Origin: an uncultured Candidatus Saccharibacteria bacterium
Lineage (GTDB): Bacteria; Patescibacteriota; Minisyncoccia; Minisyncoccales; 2-12-FULL-40-12
DNA length: 53,003 bases
Assembly: GCA_964518135.1 (NCBI GenBank)
Contig: CAZFEY010000002.1
Span: 1 to 53,003, forward strand
Reading direction: 5' to 3'
Part shown: positions 28,787-38,672 of the stretch, piece after piece
Numbering within the stretch: position 1 is the stretch's first letter
Layout of the letters: every line of letters starts with the position of its first letter
Program-made: the position numbers and the translations under genes
Notes under the pieces: model-generated
Seen by the model: the letters and a program-made list of their open reading frames with translations, nothing else
Told to the model about the DNA's origin: nothing
Databases searched by the model: none

Positions 28787-31015
28787 ATGGCTAAGCACAG
28801 AAAGAAAAATAGAGATCACAAGAAAGATGATGGCAAATTTATTATGCCATCAGGTATAAAACGATGGGTTTGGGGCATCGTTTTCTTAATATTCAGCTTG
28901 GTAATAGCGTTTTCATTTTTCAACGCTTCTGGGGTAGCGGGAAGCGCCTTGAATAATTTGCTTAATTATCTGGTTGGCAAAACAGTGATATTGATGCCTT
29001 TGATATTAGTTTTTGTGGCTTTGGTATTTTTTTACTCTCGCTATCGTAAATTCAGTTTTCCTTTATCTCTAGCTACTGTTCTCTTGATTATTGGAATTAC
29101 TGGGATTCTAGGGGGATTAGATATATCTTCTTCCAAGAATTATGATGAAGCAGAAAAAACTTTACCAGGAGGGTGGATAGGGTATTTATTAAGCTCTCTT
29201 TTAGTAAAACTTTTTGGTTTTTGGATTTCGCAGATAATTTTTATAGTAATCGCATTGGTAGGGGCTTTAATTTTCTGGCATTTAGTAAAAAGACCACATA
29301 TTCCCAAACCACCCAAATCTCCCGACACAGAAGAGGTAGAAAAAAAACCTACCTTTATAAAACAAATATTTGCTCCAAAACTTACATTAAGGGAGGTGCC
29401 TCCGCTTTCTGAACCCAAAAGAAAGGAGATCATCGAGAAGTCTCTACAAGAGGAAAAGATTAAGGCTGGCACCGAACTTAAAGATCTTTTAAGCTACAAA
29501 CCCTTGCCACTAGATCTTTTAGAGGCTGATAAGGGTGAACCAGCTAGCGGCGACACAAAAAATAATTCAGCGATTATCAAGAAAACACTTCAGAACTTTG
29601 ACATACCCGTTGAGATGTCAGAAGTTCATATTGGTCCAACCGTAACGCAATATACCTTAAAGCCAGCTGAAGGAGTAAAATTATCTAAAATTACAGCACT
29701 CTCTAATGATTTGTCTCTGTCTTTAGCAGCTCATCCAATAAGAATTGAAGCTCCGATACCTGGTAGGGCATTGGTAGGTATTGAAATTCCAAACAAGACA
29801 AGGTCTCAAGTTCGCTTAAGAAATCTATTTTCAAGTCCAAATTTTCAATTATCATCGCCCGGACTTTCTATCGCCTTGGGCAGAGATGTCGCGGGCAACC
29901 CGATATTCACAGACTTAGCTAGAATGCCTCACATGTTGGTGGCTGGTTCTACTGGTAGTGGTAAAACTATTTTTCTCAATACATTATTATTGAACCTTTT
30001 ATATAAAAATTCTCCAACAACCCTGAGATTAATTTTAGTTGACCCAAAACGCGTAGAATTCCCTGTTTATAGCAGCTTACCGCATCTTTTGTGCCCGGTA
30101 ATTTATAATGCCGCCTTAACTTGCAATGCATTAAGATGGTTGGTAGGAGAAATGGATAGACGATTTGATGTGCTTGTTGATGCCGGGGCTAGGGATATAT
30201 CTGGCTATAACGATATCGTTGCGAAAAAACTCAACTCGTCCAAAGATAAAAAAGCCTTATCTGAAAACGGCTCTTCTTTAGAGCCAATGCCCTATATCGT
30301 GCTTATTGTTGATGAGTTAGCTGATTTAATGACTGCAAAAGGGAGAGACATAGAAGCCGGTGTTGTAAGAATCGCCCAAATGGCAAGGGCAGTAGGAATT
30401 CATTTGGTATTAGCCACCCAAAGGCCTTCGGTAGAAGTGATTACAGGATTAATTAAGGCAAATATTACCGCTAGGGTTGCTTTTCAGGTGGCATCTCAAG
30501 TTGATTCTCGTACTATCTTAGATATGTCTGGGGCGGAGAAATTGCTTGGAGCGGGAGATATGTTGTATATTTCCGGAGAAATAACAAAGCCAAAAAGAAT
30601 CCAATGTGCTTATGTTTCAGAGAAAGAGCTAAGGCGAGTTGTTGATTATATCAAATCAGAATCGGGCGTTTTTGCCGAAGACAATGAAAATATGCCATTA
30701 GATAATTCATTGTCCGACGACTTAAACAGGGCTTTGAAAGAAACAGGAGGCAACAATATTGACAGCACGTCTCAATCAGACGATGCGTTGTACGAAGAGG
30801 CGAAAAGGGTCGTTATCGAAGCCAAGAAAGCTTCTGCGTCTCTGTTGCAGCGAAGATTAAGGATAGGTTACGCAAGAGCCGCCCGTTTAATAGATGTATT
30901 GGAAGAGCAAGGTATCGTTGGTCCAGCCGAGGGAGCTAAACCAAGGGAAATTTATTTTAACAATCGGGTGGAAAATAATGACGAACCGAATAATTCTGAC
31001 TGGCAAAAGGTTTGA
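28787..31015 (+). CDS. ftsK: DNA translocase FtsK/SpoIIIE
   Basis: 742 aa. 4 N-terminal TM helices, Walker A 'GSTGSGKT', 'IVDELADL', C-terminal winged-helix gamma domain 'LLQRRLRIGYARAARLID'. Confidence 0.94.
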   Translation: MAKHRKKNRDHKKDDGKFIMPSGIKRWVWGIVFLIFSLVIAFSFFNASGVAGSALNNLLNYLVGKTVILMPLILVFVALVFFYSRYRKFSFPLSLATVLLIIGITGILGGLDISSSKNYDEAEKTLPGGWIGYLLSSLLVKLFGFWISQIIFIVIALVGALIFWHLVKRPHIPKPPKSPDTEEVEKKPTFIKQIFAPKLTLREVPPLSEPKRKEIIEKSLQEEKIKAGTELKDLLSYKPLPLDLLEADKGEPASGDTKNNSAIIKKTLQNFDIPVEMSEVHIGPTVTQYTLKPAEGVKLSKITALSNDLSLSLAAHPIRIEAPIPGRALVGIEIPNKTRSQVRLRNLFSSPNFQLSSPGLSIALGRDVAGNPIFTDLARMPHMLVAGSTGSGKTIFLNTLLLNLLYKNSPTTLRLILVDPKRVEFPVYSSLPHLLCPVIYNAALTCNALRWLVGEMDRRFDVLVDAGARDISGYNDIVAKKLNSSKDKKALSENGSSLEPMPYIVLIVDELADLMTAKGRDIEAGVVRIAQMARAVGIHLVLATQRPSVEVITGLIKANITARVAFQVASQVDSRTILDMSGAEKLLGAGDMLYISGEITKPKRIQCAYVSEKELRRVVDYIKSESGVFAEDNENMPLDNSLSDDLNRALKETGGNNIDSTSQSDDALYEEAKRVVIEAKKASASLLQRRLRIGYARAARLIDVLEEQGIVGPAEGAKPREIYFNNRVENNDEPNNSDWQKV

Positions 31016-31157
31016 ACATGAGCGAGAACTGAGCATTCGATGCGATTTTGCTCGCGTATGCCATAGTGAATTATGGACAATTATATTTATATAATGAAAA
31101 ATGTTATTGTTTAATTGAGCGCTTGGTGCTTGAATTAGTAATAATCAATTTTCGTAT

Positions 31158-32174
31158 ATGTCAAAAAAGAAAACATCCAAAGACGAAAAAACAGTCAAAA
31201 GCGATAGCGGAGGAGGTGAATTACAAGAGGCTATTGCTGAAATCCAGAATAAGTTTGGAGCAGGAGCTATAATGCGGTTAAAAGAGGCAAAATCGGTCAA
31301 TGTGGATACTGTATCAACGGGTGCCATTTCGTTGGATATGGCTTTGGGAGTTGGAGGAGTACCTAGGGGCAGAGTGGTTGAAATTTATGGCCCAGAGATG
31401 TCTGGAAAAACTACTCTGGCTCTGCATATCTGTGCTCAAGCGCAAAAGACTAAGGGAGTTGCGGCTTTTGTTGATGCGGAGCACGCCCTGGATCCTGATT
31501 ACGCAAAAAGAATTGGAGTGAATATAGATGAGTTGTTGATTTCCCAGCCAGATTCTGGCGAACAGGCCCTACAAATAGTAGAGACATTGGTGAGGTCTGG
31601 CGAGTTGGATGTTATAGTAATAGACTCTGTTGCTGCCCTGGCTCCAAGAGCCGAGATTGCCGGAGATATCGGTGATTTTCAGATTGGTCTTCAGGCAAGA
31701 TTAATGTCTTCGGCGCTAAGAAAACTCTCAGGTGTTATTGCGAAAACTAAGACCGTTGTAATTTTTCTGAATCAGATCAGAATGAAGATAGGTGTTATGT
31801 TTGGCAATCCAGAAACTACTCCCGGAGGATTAGCTTTGAAATTTTACGCTTCGGTCAGAATTGAGATGAGAAGAATAGCCCAGATAAAACAAGGAGATCA
31901 AGTTGTTGGGAATAGGGTAAGAGTTAAAATAGTTAAAAATAAAGTTGCAGCTCCATTTAAAACAACAGAGCTTGATATAGGTAATGATGGTATAGCCCAG
32001 TACGTAGACGTGATTAATACCGCGCAGAAGCTGGGTATTGTTCAAAAAAGCGGTTCTTGGTTTCAGTTTGGCGATCAGAAATTAGGACAAGGATCAGAAG
32101 GGGCGAAGCAGTTTCTAAAAGAAAATCCAGGAGCCTTAGACAAAATTCTTAAAGAAATCAAATCGCACCAATAA
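31158..32174 (+). CDS. recA: Recombinase RecA
   Basis: 338 aa. '[10 protein letters not shown]' Walker A, '[10 protein letters not shown]', '[22 protein letters not shown]' L2 loop. Confidence 0.98.
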   Translation: MSKKKTSKDEKTVKSDSGGGELQEAIAEIQNKFGAGAIMRLKEAKSVNVDTVSTGAISLDMALGVGGVPRGRVVEIYGPEMSGKTTLALHICAQAQKTKGVAAFVDAEHALDPDYAKRIGVNIDELLISQPDSGEQALQIVETLVRSGELDVIVIDSVAALAPRAEIAGDIGDFQIGLQARLMSSALRKLSGVIAKTKTVVIFLNQIRMKIGVMFGNPETTPGGLALKFYASVRIEMRRIAQIKQGDQVVGNRVRVKIVKNKVAAPFKTTELDIGNDGIAQYVDVINTAQKLGIVQKSGSWFQFGDQKLGQGSEGAKQFLKENPGALDKILKEIKSHQ

Positions 32175-32192
32175 ACACAATAGTTTCAAAAT

Positions 32193-32215
32193 AAAACCGC
32201 CTTCTGGGCGGTTTT
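32193..32215. terminator. Bidirectional terminator between recA and rpsR
   Basis: AAAACCGCC-ttctg-GGCGGTTTT. Confidence 0.8.
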
Positions 32216-32236
32216 AATTATGAAATAACTTTATTG

Positions 32237-32419
32237 TTATAGTAAACCAAAAGTTCTTGCTCGTTTTACGGCTTTCGCCATTTGACGCTGATGCTTGGCG
32301 CACAATCCAGTTTTCGTTCTGGCTTTTATTCTGCCCAGCATAGAGGTAAATCTCTGTAGTCTTTCAGAGTCTTTAAAGTCAACCTCTTTGACATTTCGTT
32401 GGCAAAAATAGCAATTCAT
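32237..32419 (-). CDS. rpsR: 30S ribosomal protein S18
   Basis: 'CYFCQ...DFKD...LQRF...GRI..R..TG.CAKHQR.....KRAR..GLL'. The ORF track extends to 32455; the Met at 32419 gives a canonical N-terminus. Confidence 0.88.
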   Translation of the reverse strand: MNCYFCQRNVKEVDFKDSERLQRFTSMLGRIKARTKTGLCAKHQRQMAKAVKRARTFGLL

Positions 32420-32487
32420 TGTTACGTGGAGCATGAAGCGTGAATCATGAAGCATTATGTTTCAAGTTACAGGCTTTAAGCTCTATA

Positions 32488-33052
<565 letters not shown>

Positions 33053-33088
33053 TTCATCTCAATTTGTTGTTTTTTATTGGATGACCTT

Positions 33089-33520
33089 TTAAACGTTATC
33101 TAAAATTTGTTCTAATTTTTCTTCAATTTCTTCTAGTTTTGATTTGTCTTGCTTTATTACTTCTTTCTGTTCTGTATGCGGCCTTGGTATTCTGGCTTGT
33201 CGGATTTTTACTCTTTTACTTATCTGTTTTAAAAATAAATACCGTAGTATATTTTTTTCTTCCTTTATCTTCCGTTCAATGTTTTTGATTTTTTCTGAAT
33301 CTGTACTAAAAAGCAACGATACCAAAGAAACCGCTTGTTTTTTGGGTTGTAAACTTGTTTTTATTGGCTTGGATAAATCCTTGTGAATAGGGTTTCTAGT
33401 TTCGATAAGAGAGCCTCCTTCTTCTTGGATTATGTTTTCTATTTTTTGCCCTAATGCTCTTGCCTCTTCTAATATTAGGTCAGCCGCTATTACATAGTTT
33501 AGTTCGTAGCGATAATTCAT
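33089..33520 (-). CDS. rpsF: 30S ribosomal protein S6 (with Lys/Glu-rich C-terminal tail)
   Basis: 'YELNYVI...EEGGSLI...ILRYLFLK' pattern and the conserved rpsF-ssb-rpsR order. The ORF track allows a start at 33535. Confidence 0.7.
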   Translation of the reverse strand: MNYRYELNYVIAADLILEEARALGQKIENIIQEEGGSLIETRNPIHKDLSKPIKTSLQPKKQAVSLVSLLFSTDSEKIKNIERKIKEEKNILRYLFLKQISKRVKIRQARIPRPHTEQKEVIKQDKSKLEEIEEKLEQILDNV

Positions 33521-33627
33521 ATTTTGGCTTAACATGAGAATTCCTTTTGCTGTTAAGATGGGTGTATTTTAGCAGTTTGTTATTGTTTTATCAAGCCCCG
33601 TGCAATTTCTTATTTTGAGGTTATCCT

Positions 33628-33657
33628 TTGATTATAACACCAGAATTAAGCTATAAT
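33628..33657 (+). promoter_or_regulatory. Candidate promoter (TTGATT-18-TATAAT) for pmm
   Basis: Hexamers read directly. The -10 lies 8 nt before the ATG at 33665, so the mRNA may be leaderless or have a very short leader. Confidence 0.35.
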
Positions 33658-33664
33658 ATTTATT

Positions 33665-35095
33665 ATGAAAGTGAATCCGAATATATTTAGAGGTTATGAC
33701 ATTAGAGGTGTTGTGGATAAAGATTTAGACCCGGTTTTTGCAAACAATCTGGGTAAAGCTTTTGGCACATATCTTGTTCGTCGTGGAGTAGGACAGGCCA
33801 TTGTTGGTCACGATTGTCGCATGACCAGCCCTGAATACAGCAAAGAAGTTACAAAAGGATTAATTTGGGCAGGGGTTGATGTTGTCAATATTGGCTTGAA
33901 TCTTGTAGGGACTTTTTACTGGTCTCAATACTATTTTGAATGCAAGGGAGGTATTTATGTGACAGCCTCTCATAATCCTGCCGAATATAATGGTTTTAAA
34001 TTAGCTATTAATTTTTCAGACACTCTAGTTTCGGATGGTATTCAAGAATTAAGACAAATGATAGAGCAAGAAGATTTTATTAAGGGGAAACAAGAAGGGA
34101 ATATTAAATACCAGAACATACAGAATGAGTACGTTCAAGATTTGTTGGGGAGAATATCTTTAAGAAGAGGATTCAGGGTGGTTATTGATCCCGGTTTTTC
34201 TACGGCAGGAATTATTATTCCAACCTTATTAAAAATGGCTGGTTGTGATGTGGTCGAAAGTAATTGCAGTATTGATCCTTCTTTTCCTTTGGGTACACCA
34301 GATCCGATAGATGTGGAGGTGGCTAGAAGATTAAGCAAGAAAGTAATTGAAGAAAAGGCAGATATAGGGTTTTCTTATGATGCTGATGGAGATAGGATAG
34401 GCATTGTTGATGAAAAAGGGAATATTATCTGGAACGACGTATTGGTAGCTATTTTTGCCAAAGACGTTCTAAATACCCATCCAGGAGAAATTATCATGTA
34501 CAATACACTTTGCTCGAAAGTGGTCGAAGAGTCTATATTGCAATCTGGCGGCAGGCCGTTTATGTGGCGAACTGGACACTCTTTCCTTAAAAAGAAAAAT
34601 CAGGAGATTAAAGCAGCTTTCATTGGTGAATTATCTGGTCATTTCTTTTTCTCAGCAGATTTTTACAACCATGACGACGGAGCTTATTCTTCTTTGCGGT
34701 TATTGAAATATCTCGCAGATACCAACAGATCACTTTCAGAAGCTGTTGATGAATTACCAAAATATATATCTAGCCCAGAAATCAAAATTTATTGCGACGA
34801 CAACGCAAAAGTAGATTTAATAAAAAAAATCACCCCAGTGTTAAAGGCCGATTTTTCAGACGCAGAAATTATTGACGATGAAAGAGCGGGGGATGGCGTA
34901 AGAATAGATTTTCGAGATGGAATGTTTGTAATTCGTTATTCACAGAACGCACCCTATATGACAGTCAAGTTCGAAGGAAAAACACAAGAAAGATATGACC
35001 AATTGAGGATTTATATCGATAAACTCCTTCATTCCTATCCCGAAGTTGATTGGAATTCCAATATTAATCAGAATACAAAATTCTTATCTGATTAA
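33665..35095 (+). CDS. Phosphomannomutase/phosphoglucomutase
   Basis: 476 aa. Active-site 'TASHNPAEYNGFK', Mg loop 'FSYDADGDRIG', 'GELSGH'. Confidence 0.9.
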   Translation: MKVNPNIFRGYDIRGVVDKDLDPVFANNLGKAFGTYLVRRGVGQAIVGHDCRMTSPEYSKEVTKGLIWAGVDVVNIGLNLVGTFYWSQYYFECKGGIYVTASHNPAEYNGFKLAINFSDTLVSDGIQELRQMIEQEDFIKGKQEGNIKYQNIQNEYVQDLLGRISLRRGFRVVIDPGFSTAGIIIPTLLKMAGCDVVESNCSIDPSFPLGTPDPIDVEVARRLSKKVIEEKADIGFSYDADGDRIGIVDEKGNIIWNDVLVAIFAKDVLNTHPGEIIMYNTLCSKVVEESILQSGGRPFMWRTGHSFLKKKNQEIKAAFIGELSGHFFFSADFYNHDDGAYSSLRLLKYLADTNRSLSEAVDELPKYISSPEIKIYCDDNAKVDLIKKITPVLKADFSDAEIIDDERAGDGVRIDFRDGMFVIRYSQNAPYMTVKFEGKTQERYDQLRIYIDKLLHSYPEVDWNSNINQNTKFLSD

Positions 35096-36069
35096 ATCAA
35101 GCCCATCTTCTTTCTTACTTCCTCCATTGTTGATTGGGCTATAATTTGCGCCCTCCTCGCTCCTTTAGCTAGGATATCTTCAATGTATACTTGTCTAGTT
35201 GCCAATTCTTTCTTTCTTCTTCTGAATTCTTTAAGAGAATCAATAAGTAACTCAGCTAAAGATTTTTTGAGATCTGCGTAATTTTTTCCTTTGAATTTTC
35301 TTTCTATCTCTTTTATTTCCTGGTCAGAAAACAAGCTGTATATGGAAAGCAGATTGGATATGCCAGGCTTTTTAACGCTATCGTATTTTATTTCTTTGCC
35401 GCTGTCGGTGGTTGCAGCCATTATTTTTTCTTTAATTGATTCGGGCTCTTCGAATAGACCAATGCAGCCTCGTTGATCATCGCTTTTCGACATCTTTTTT
35501 TTAGGATTTTGTAAAGACATTATTTTAGTTCCTATTTTGGGGCTGTATGCTTCTGGTTCAACGAAAACCTTTCCGAATCTTTGATTGAATTTTCGGGCAA
35601 TAGTTCTAGTTAGTTCTAAATGTTGCAGTTGGTCTTTGCCAACTGGTACCAAATCGGCCTTGTATAATAATATATCTGCTGCTTGTAAGACAGGATAATT
35701 TAAGAGGCCGGCATTAACATTATTTTTAAATTGACGGCTTTTTTCTTTGTATTGCGTCATTCTGCTTAAGTCTCCGACAGGACAAATCGTACTCAAAAGC
35801 CAAAACAGCTCATTGTGCTCTTTTACATGAGACTGAACGAAAATTACGCTTTTTTCGGGATCGATGCCAGCTGCCAAATAGGCCGTCACGGTGTCTAATA
35901 TGTGGCGTTGTAGCTCTTTGGTGGAGTAGGGGGTAGTTAGAGCCTGTAAATCAGCCACAAAGCAAATACATTCTTCTTTAGCCTGCAGTTCTACCCAGTT
36001 ACGAACAGCTCCCAAATAATTTCCAATATGTAATTCTCCACTAGGCCGAATTCCGCTAAGTATGCGCAT
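35092..36069 (-). CDS. trpS: Tryptophan--tRNA ligase
   Basis: 325 aa. HIGH-type 'GELHIGNY', 'KMSKS', 'GKDQLQHLELTR'. Confidence 0.93.
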   Translation of the reverse strand: MRILSGIRPSGELHIGNYLGAVRNWVELQAKEECICFVADLQALTTPYSTKELQRHILDTVTAYLAAGIDPEKSVIFVQSHVKEHNELFWLLSTICPVGDLSRMTQYKEKSRQFKNNVNAGLLNYPVLQAADILLYKADLVPVGKDQLQHLELTRTIARKFNQRFGKVFVEPEAYSPKIGTKIMSLQNPKKKMSKSDDQRGCIGLFEEPESIKEKIMAATTDSGKEIKYDSVKKPGISNLLSIYSLFSDQEIKEIERKFKGKNYADLKKSLAELLIDSLKEFRRRKKELATRQVYIEDILAKGARRAQIIAQSTMEEVRKKMGLI

Positions 36070-36087
36070 TTAATTATTCTTTATTAA

Positions 36088-37782
36088 TTAAGATTCTATA
36101 ACAACGGGCAAAACCATTGGTTTTCTTTGGGTTTTGTGAAATAAGAATTCCCCAACTTTATTTTTAATTTCGTCTTTGACGTAAACCCAGTTTATTGCCC
36201 CATCAGAACTAGCTGCTCTGTTGATAATCTCAATTACCTTTTTTCTGGTTTGTGCTAATAGCTCTTTTGATTCTTTGAGATAAACAAATCCACGAGATAT
36301 TATATCGGGAGAGCTCTTTACCTTGCCGCTTTTTTTATCTATTACTGCCACAATAACAAACATTCCATCTCTAGCCAATACTTGTCGGTCTCGGAGTACA
36401 ACTTCGCCAACATCGGCGATTCCCAATCCATCAACCATTATGTAGTTTGCGGGTACGCTCTTGGGTTCAACCGATATTTTGTTCTGGTCAAGATTTATGA
36501 TGTATCCATTTTCAGCAACAACTATATTTTTCTCCGGCATTCCAATTTCTTGTGCGATTTTAGAGTGGGCGACAAGCATGGAGTATTGGCCATGAATCGG
36601 CACGAAGAACTTAGGATGTATTAGTTTTATCATCTCGCCCAGCTCTTCTTTCTTGGCGTGTCCTCCGGCGTGTATATCCATCATGCCATAATGATAAACA
36701 TCAGCCTTTTGTCTGATCAAGTTATCTTTCAATGTCTGAACTGCTCTTTCGTTTCCAGGTATGACAGATGAGGAAAAAATAATCGTGTCTCCCTTTCCTA
36801 TTTGTATATTAGAATATTCTTTATTGGCTATACGCATTAAAACCGCCTGGCCTTCTCCTTGGGCACCAGTACAAACCAGTGTTACTTTCGAATCTGGATA
36901 ATTCTTAATTTCTTTTGCTGGGATCAAAGTTCCTTTTTTTGCCTTGATATATCCTAATTTTTTGCATATTTCAACATTTGTTCTCATAGAATAGCCGTCT
37001 ACTGCAATTTTTCTACCATACTTTTCGGACAGAGTAATAAGTTGCTGGATTCTATTGATAAGAGATCCGAACGTCGCAGCGATAATTTTTCCTTTAGACT
37101 GTTTGAAGATTTCTTCTAGATTCTCAAAAATTTCTTTTTCCGAAAGAGAGTGTCCAGAATCTTCAGCTCCAGTAGAATCTGACATTAATAAGGTGATGCC
37201 CTTTCTGCCTATCGCTTTCAATTTGTTAAAATCGGTCGGCTTGTCGTTTACCGGATGATTATCGAATTTGAAATCTGAAGTATGCAGAACACTTCCGGCG
37301 ACACAAGACACTATAATACCTGTATTGTCCGAAATATTGTGGTTTTGCTTGAAGAATTCCACTCTGAAAGGCCCAAGATTAACTATTGTTCCATCCTTTA
37401 TCTCTTCAATATTCAGTCTTGGTTGCATTGGAAAGTCTTCTTGTCTTTTTAAGATGATGGCCCTTGTTAAGCCAGAGGCAAACATAGGATAACGGTTGAA
37501 TGAAAATTTGTGCACTAAATAAGGAACGGCTCCTATGTGGTCATAGTGTCCATGAGTGAAGCCGATACCTACAATATCCTTTTCTCTACCTTTTAAGTAT
37601 TCGATGTTTGGAACAAGAAAATCAATACCAGGCATATCTGCGTCAGGGAAACGCAGCCCCATGTCGATAATGAAGATTTTCCTTTGGTATTCAAATAACG
37701 TCATATTGCGGCCAATCTCTCCTAATCCTCCAAGCGCAATAATTCGCATATGGTCTTGTTTTTTGACTATTTTTGTTGTCAT
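36088..37782 (-). CDS. rnj: Ribonuclease J
   Basis: 564 aa. Metallo-beta-lactamase 'HGHYDHIG', beta-CASP and C-terminal domain. Confidence 0.9.
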   Translation of the reverse strand: MTTKIVKKQDHMRIIALGGLGEIGRNMTLFEYQRKIFIIDMGLRFPDADMPGIDFLVPNIEYLKGREKDIVGIGFTHGHYDHIGAVPYLVHKFSFNRYPMFASGLTRAIILKRQEDFPMQPRLNIEEIKDGTIVNLGPFRVEFFKQNHNISDNTGIIVSCVAGSVLHTSDFKFDNHPVNDKPTDFNKLKAIGRKGITLLMSDSTGAEDSGHSLSEKEIFENLEEIFKQSKGKIIAATFGSLINRIQQLITLSEKYGRKIAVDGYSMRTNVEICKKLGYIKAKKGTLIPAKEIKNYPDSKVTLVCTGAQGEGQAVLMRIANKEYSNIQIGKGDTIIFSSSVIPGNERAVQTLKDNLIRQKADVYHYGMMDIHAGGHAKKEELGEMIKLIHPKFFVPIHGQYSMLVAHSKIAQEIGMPEKNIVVAENGYIINLDQNKISVEPKSVPANYIMVDGLGIADVGEVVLRDRQVLARDGMFVIVAVIDKKSGKVKSSPDIISRGFVYLKESKELLAQTRKKVIEIINRAASSDGAINWVYVKDEIKNKVGEFLFHKTQRKPMVLPVVIES

Positions 37783-37810
37783 ATCGTATTATTTATTTTT
37801 TTCTATAGTG

Positions 37811-37894
37811 TGCCGTGAGGGAGAGTTGAACTCCCACCCCCTTACGAGGACTGGCTCCTGAAGCCAGCGCGTCTGCCAATTCCGCCACCACGGC
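37811..37894 (-). tRNA. tRNA-Leu (anticodon CAG), CCA not encoded
   Basis: Manual cloverleaf of the reverse complement. Acceptor GCCGTGG/TCACGGC, anticodon stem CTGGC/GCCAG with loop TTCAGGA, long variable arm, T-arm GGGAG-TTCAACT-CTCCC, discriminator A. Confidence 0.9.
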
Positions 37895-38003
37895 ATTTTC
37901 AACGGGATGAACGTACGCGTATTCTAGTCTCATTCCATACCTCCGAGTTCAACTCGGTCGTTCGGGATTCAGCCACGAGGGCAAACTGTTTTATGGTTAT
38001 TAT

Positions 38004-38672
38004 TTATTGATTCTTTTTCAGGAAATCGAGGTTTTTCGGAATTTGTTTAAGGGATTTTTCAAATCGTAAATTGGGAATTGTTTTGTAGCTTTTGTTTTTT
38101 ATCCATTTATATTTTTTCTTTCCGGATCCTTTTATGCAATAATAGCAAGCCCCTCTCTTTTTAGAAAAAATATCGTATTCATTTATGCATTTTTCGCTTA
38201 TCCAATTAGCCATTATAAGTTTTTTCTGTCCAGGATTAACGGTTACATGGCCATATCCGTTTGGCACTATAACCGCTTCTCCTTTACTGGCTTCAACCGC
38301 GAAAACATCTATTAACCCTCCTTTTGCATCACGTTTCTGCGCCAAATATATTGCTTTGCCTTCTAGGACAATATAAAGCTCAGCAAAATTATTTTTATGT
38401 TCATGTCCTATCGTTTTAACAAATTCCTTGCCAAGTACCATAGGGGGTATTGCTGTAATATCGCATCTTAAATCTCCTTTCCGTTTTAGACCACGATACA
38501 TATAGTAAAGTTCGATATCGGGCATTTTTTTTACCCATTTTTGGTCGTATAAAACTTTCTTTGCGTCGTACAGAAAACGGACGTCAGGTTTTTTATTTGA
38601 AAAACAAACTTTTTTATTTGAAAAACAAACTTTTTTATTTGAAAAACAAACTTGTTTATTGAGTTTCATCAT
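38004..38672 (-). CDS. Cupin-type glucose-6-phosphate isomerase (archaeal cPGI-like) with repeat-encoded N-terminus
   Basis: 'GKEFVKTIGHEH...AELYIVLEG...VIVPNGYGHVTVNPG' matches my recollection of the cupin PGI metal-binding signature (TxGHxH...E...H). The start is uncertain: 38672, 38669 or 38714. Confidence 0.7.
   Translation of the reverse strand: MMKLNKQVCFSNKKVCFSNKKVCFSNKKPDVRFLYDAKKVLYDQKWVKKMPDIELYYMYRGLKRKGDLRCDITAIPPMVLGKEFVKTIGHEHKNNFAELYIVLEGKAIYLAQKRDAKGGLIDVFAVEASKGEAVIVPNGYGHVTVNPGQKKLIMANWISEKCINEYDIFSKKRGACYYCIKGSGKKKYKWIKNKSYKTIPNLRFEKSLKQIPKNLDFLKKNQ
38589..38651 (-). repeat. Three perfect tandem copies of a 21-bp unit
   Basis: The plus strand reads TTTTTTATTTGAAAAACAAAC x3 (38589-38609, 38610-38630, 38631-38651). 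It is in frame with the PGI ORF and encodes (KKVCFSN)x3. Confidence 0.95.

Noticed and set aside
31016-31157. SOS/LexA (Cheo-box-like GAAC-N4-GTTC) operator upstream of recA.
   Set aside because: The best candidate, GAACTGAGCATTC, matches only the left half-site. No lexA is in the window. There is not enough evidence to call it.
37895-38003. GC-richer ~100-nt tract between the PGI stop and tRNA-Leu, with hairpin CCGAG-ttcaa-CTCGG. Considered as a tRNA pseudogene, SRP RNA or tmRNA fragment.
   Set aside because: The hairpin loop is 5 nt, not a 7-nt T-loop. No acceptor or anticodon arms can be built on either strand. No SRP 'GGAAGCAGC'-type or tmRNA signatures are present. It is probably the tRNA-Leu promoter/5' leader and the PGI 3' UTR.
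38589-38651. Possible CRISPR array (perfect direct repeats).
   Set aside because: The repeats are contiguous 21-bp units with no spacers, and no cas genes are in the window. This is a tandem repeat, not CRISPR.
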